This document shows positions 61,706-64,000 of a stretch of DNA of 64,000 nt, piece after piece; the stretch's first letter is position 1, and the number at the start of each line of letters is the position of its first letter. The notes beneath the pieces are model-generated. The model worked only from the letters and a program-made list of their open reading frames with translations, did no database searches and was not told where the DNA came from. The DNA comes from Octopus sinensis (lineage: Eukaryota), in NCBI RefSeq assembly GCF_006345805.1, contig NC_043022.1, positions 14,136,001-14,200,000 on the forward strand, read 5' to 3'. The position numbers and the translations under genes are program-made.

Positions 61706-62937
61706 TATATATTATATATATATATATATATACATACATAACATATATAACATACATACATACATATATATATATGTATGTATGTATATATGCGCAGGAG
61801 TGGCTGTGTGGTAAGTAGCTTGCTAACCAACCACATGGTTCTGGGTTCAGTCCCACTGCGTGGCATCTTGGGCAAGTGTCTCCTGCTATAGCCCCGGGCC
61901 GATCAATGCCTTGTGAGTGGATTCGGTAGACGGAAACTGAAAGAAGCCTGTCGTATATATGTATATATAGACAAACCCTGGGATAGGTCGCTAGCCTCTA
62001 TATTGGGTAATTTTATTATGTGTTTCATGCACGTTCCCATATGTACATATACTCATGTATGCATACACACATATATACACATCGACGCACATGTATACAT
62101 GTGTCTTCTGCTATAGCCCTTGGTCAAAGAAAGCCTTGTGAGTGGACTTGGTTCATGGACAGAAAGAAGCCCATCATACACGTGTGTGAGTGTGTCTGTG
62201 TGTCTGTGCACATGTGTGTTTGTGTGTGCGTGTGTGTTTGTGTATGTGTGTGTGTGCATGAGTGTGTTTGTGTGTATGCGCATGTGTGTGTGTATGTAAG
62301 TGTGCATGTGTGTACATGCGCTTATGTGTGTGCATGTGCGTGTGTGTGAGCATGTGTGTGTGCGTGCATGCATGTGTGTCTATGCATGTGTGTGTGTATG
62401 TGCATGTGTGTGTATGTGCGTGTGCATATGTGTGAGCATGTGTGTGTGTGAGCATGTGTGTGTATGTGTGTGTGTGCATGTGCATATGTGTGTGCATGTG
62501 TATCTGTGCATGTGTGTGTATGTATGTGTGTGTATGTGTGTGAGCATGTGTGTGTGTTTGCATATGCATGTGTACGTGAATGTGTGTGTGTGCAATTTTG
62601 TTTGTTACACCCACCCGCCCCCGCCATTGCTTCACAACAAGTGTTGGTTTGTTTATGTCCCAGTACCAAAAAAAAAACAGTTCTGTAAAGATGAAACCAA
62701 TAAACTAAGCACCACGCTTAAAAAAATGGAACAAGCGCTGAGGTCAATTCATTCGACAGAAAAAAAATCATTCGAGGCAGTGTTCCAGCATGGCCACAGT
62801 CCAATGAACGGAACAAGTAAAAGATAAAAGATTTTATATATCATGAAAAATGATGAATCCCTGAAAAAGACGAAAGTAATAAATAGTTTTTATCCAAATC
62901 TGACAACCTCCTTTTTCTCATATATATATATACATAT

Positions 62938-63350
62938 AGGCGCAGGAGTGGCTGTGTGGTAAGTAGCTTGCTAACCAACCACATGGTTCCGCGTTCAGTC
63001 CCACTGCGTGGCACCTTGGTCAAGTGCCTTCTACTATAGCCCCGGGCCGACCAAAGCCTTGTGAGTGGATTTGGTAGATGGAAACTGAAAGAAGCCTGTC
63101 GTATATATGTATATATATGTATATATGTGTATGTGTGTGTGTGTGTGTGTTTGTGTTTGTCCCCCTAGCATTGCTTGACAACCGATGCTGGTGTGTTTAC
63201 GTCCCCGTCACTTAGCGGTTCAGCAAAAGAGACCGATAGAATAAGTACTGGGCTTACAAAGAATAAGTCCCGGGGTCGATTTGCTTGACTAAAGGCGGTG
63301 CTCCAGCATGGCTGCAGTCAAATGACTGAAACAAGTAAAAGAGTAAAGAG
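62938..63350 (+). mobile_element. SINE family A, near-consensus full-length copy
   Basis: Complete head, microsatellite linker and tail (…AGTAAAAGAGTAAAG); nearly identical to 37510-37900 and 60937-61345. Confidence 0.9.
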
Positions 63351-63383
63351 TATATATATATATATTATACATATAGATATATA

Positions 63384-63458
<75 letters not shown>

Positions 63459-64000
63459 AATATGTATGTATATATATAAATCTAACTCTGCCTACATCGT
63501 ATATTAATTAATCACTTCAAATTAATTCACACATATAAAAAATCACCTGTTGCTATTCGTGAAGTAACGGTAATTTTCTGTGGGAAAATACATTTGAAGA
63601 CAAAAGAATCTAAGAAAATAGGTCAGAAAATGGGGGTGAGGAAAAATAAAAAATAAAAACCAATGTAATAATAAATGCAAGTAAAAACAAAATAGACAAC
63701 AAAGAAATATACGAAAATAAAATGAACAAAATATAGGTGAACGTTTGAAAGATTTGGCCTTGAGGTTGAGAAGTTTATTTTGGAACCATGTGGGTGTTGG
63801 GCTCAATTGCATTGCATGGCATCCTTGGGTAAGTGTCTTTAACAACAGCCTTTGATTACCTGATGCCATGGGATATATATATATATACTAGCAGAATTGC
63901 CCGGCAATGCTCAGGGCTGAATTGCTTGAAAGTACTGTTAATGATTGCACTGAATTATGATGATTATTCAGGCAAATATTGATATAAGTTTACGGTGGGA

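Noticed and set aside
41-63350. Plus-strand orientation excess of SINE-A copies as evidence for a host gene spanning the window
   Set aside because: Too few independent copies (several are tandem or fragmentary) to distinguish from chance, and no chain of exons was found.

Overview
Eukaryotic, very AT-rich, microsatellite- and SINE-saturated genomic DNA. The repeat families (tRNA-derived SINEs with internal (TA/TG)n tracts, RTE, CR1, R4/Dong, Penelope-like remnants, Helitrons, Merlin, mariner and piggyBac-type MITEs) point to an Octopus/coleoid cephalopod genome; this is inferred from repeat recognition, not from a database search. Most of the ORF track is microsatellite or transposon noise. 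Two minus-strand ORFs look like real host genes. The first is a single-exon, divergent CD63-like tetraspanin (19382-20029). The second is a long Ser/Asn/Lys-rich orphan ORF (57857-58969) with a PP1-docking RVxF motif; it probably starts in a 14-codon upstream exon across a 66-nt intron. The most unexpected signal is a set of hammerhead-ribozyme (HHR)-like motifs in at least four unrelated small elements, mostly sitting in (TA)n tracts. One (5166-5211) has an intact catalytic core, lies downstream of a perfect Pol III B-box and carries a Penelope-style inverted terminal duplication, suggesting a ribozyme-bearing SINE mobilised by Penelope-like elements. The window also holds several long near-perfect hairpins, a Merlin MITE with a perfect 8-bp TSD next to a decayed Merlin transposase, a tandem ABAB array of piggyBac-type MITEs, a candidate CTCF site and a 1.12-kb tandem duplication that may be an assembly artefact. 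There are no rRNA genes, true tRNA genes or CRISPR arrays.
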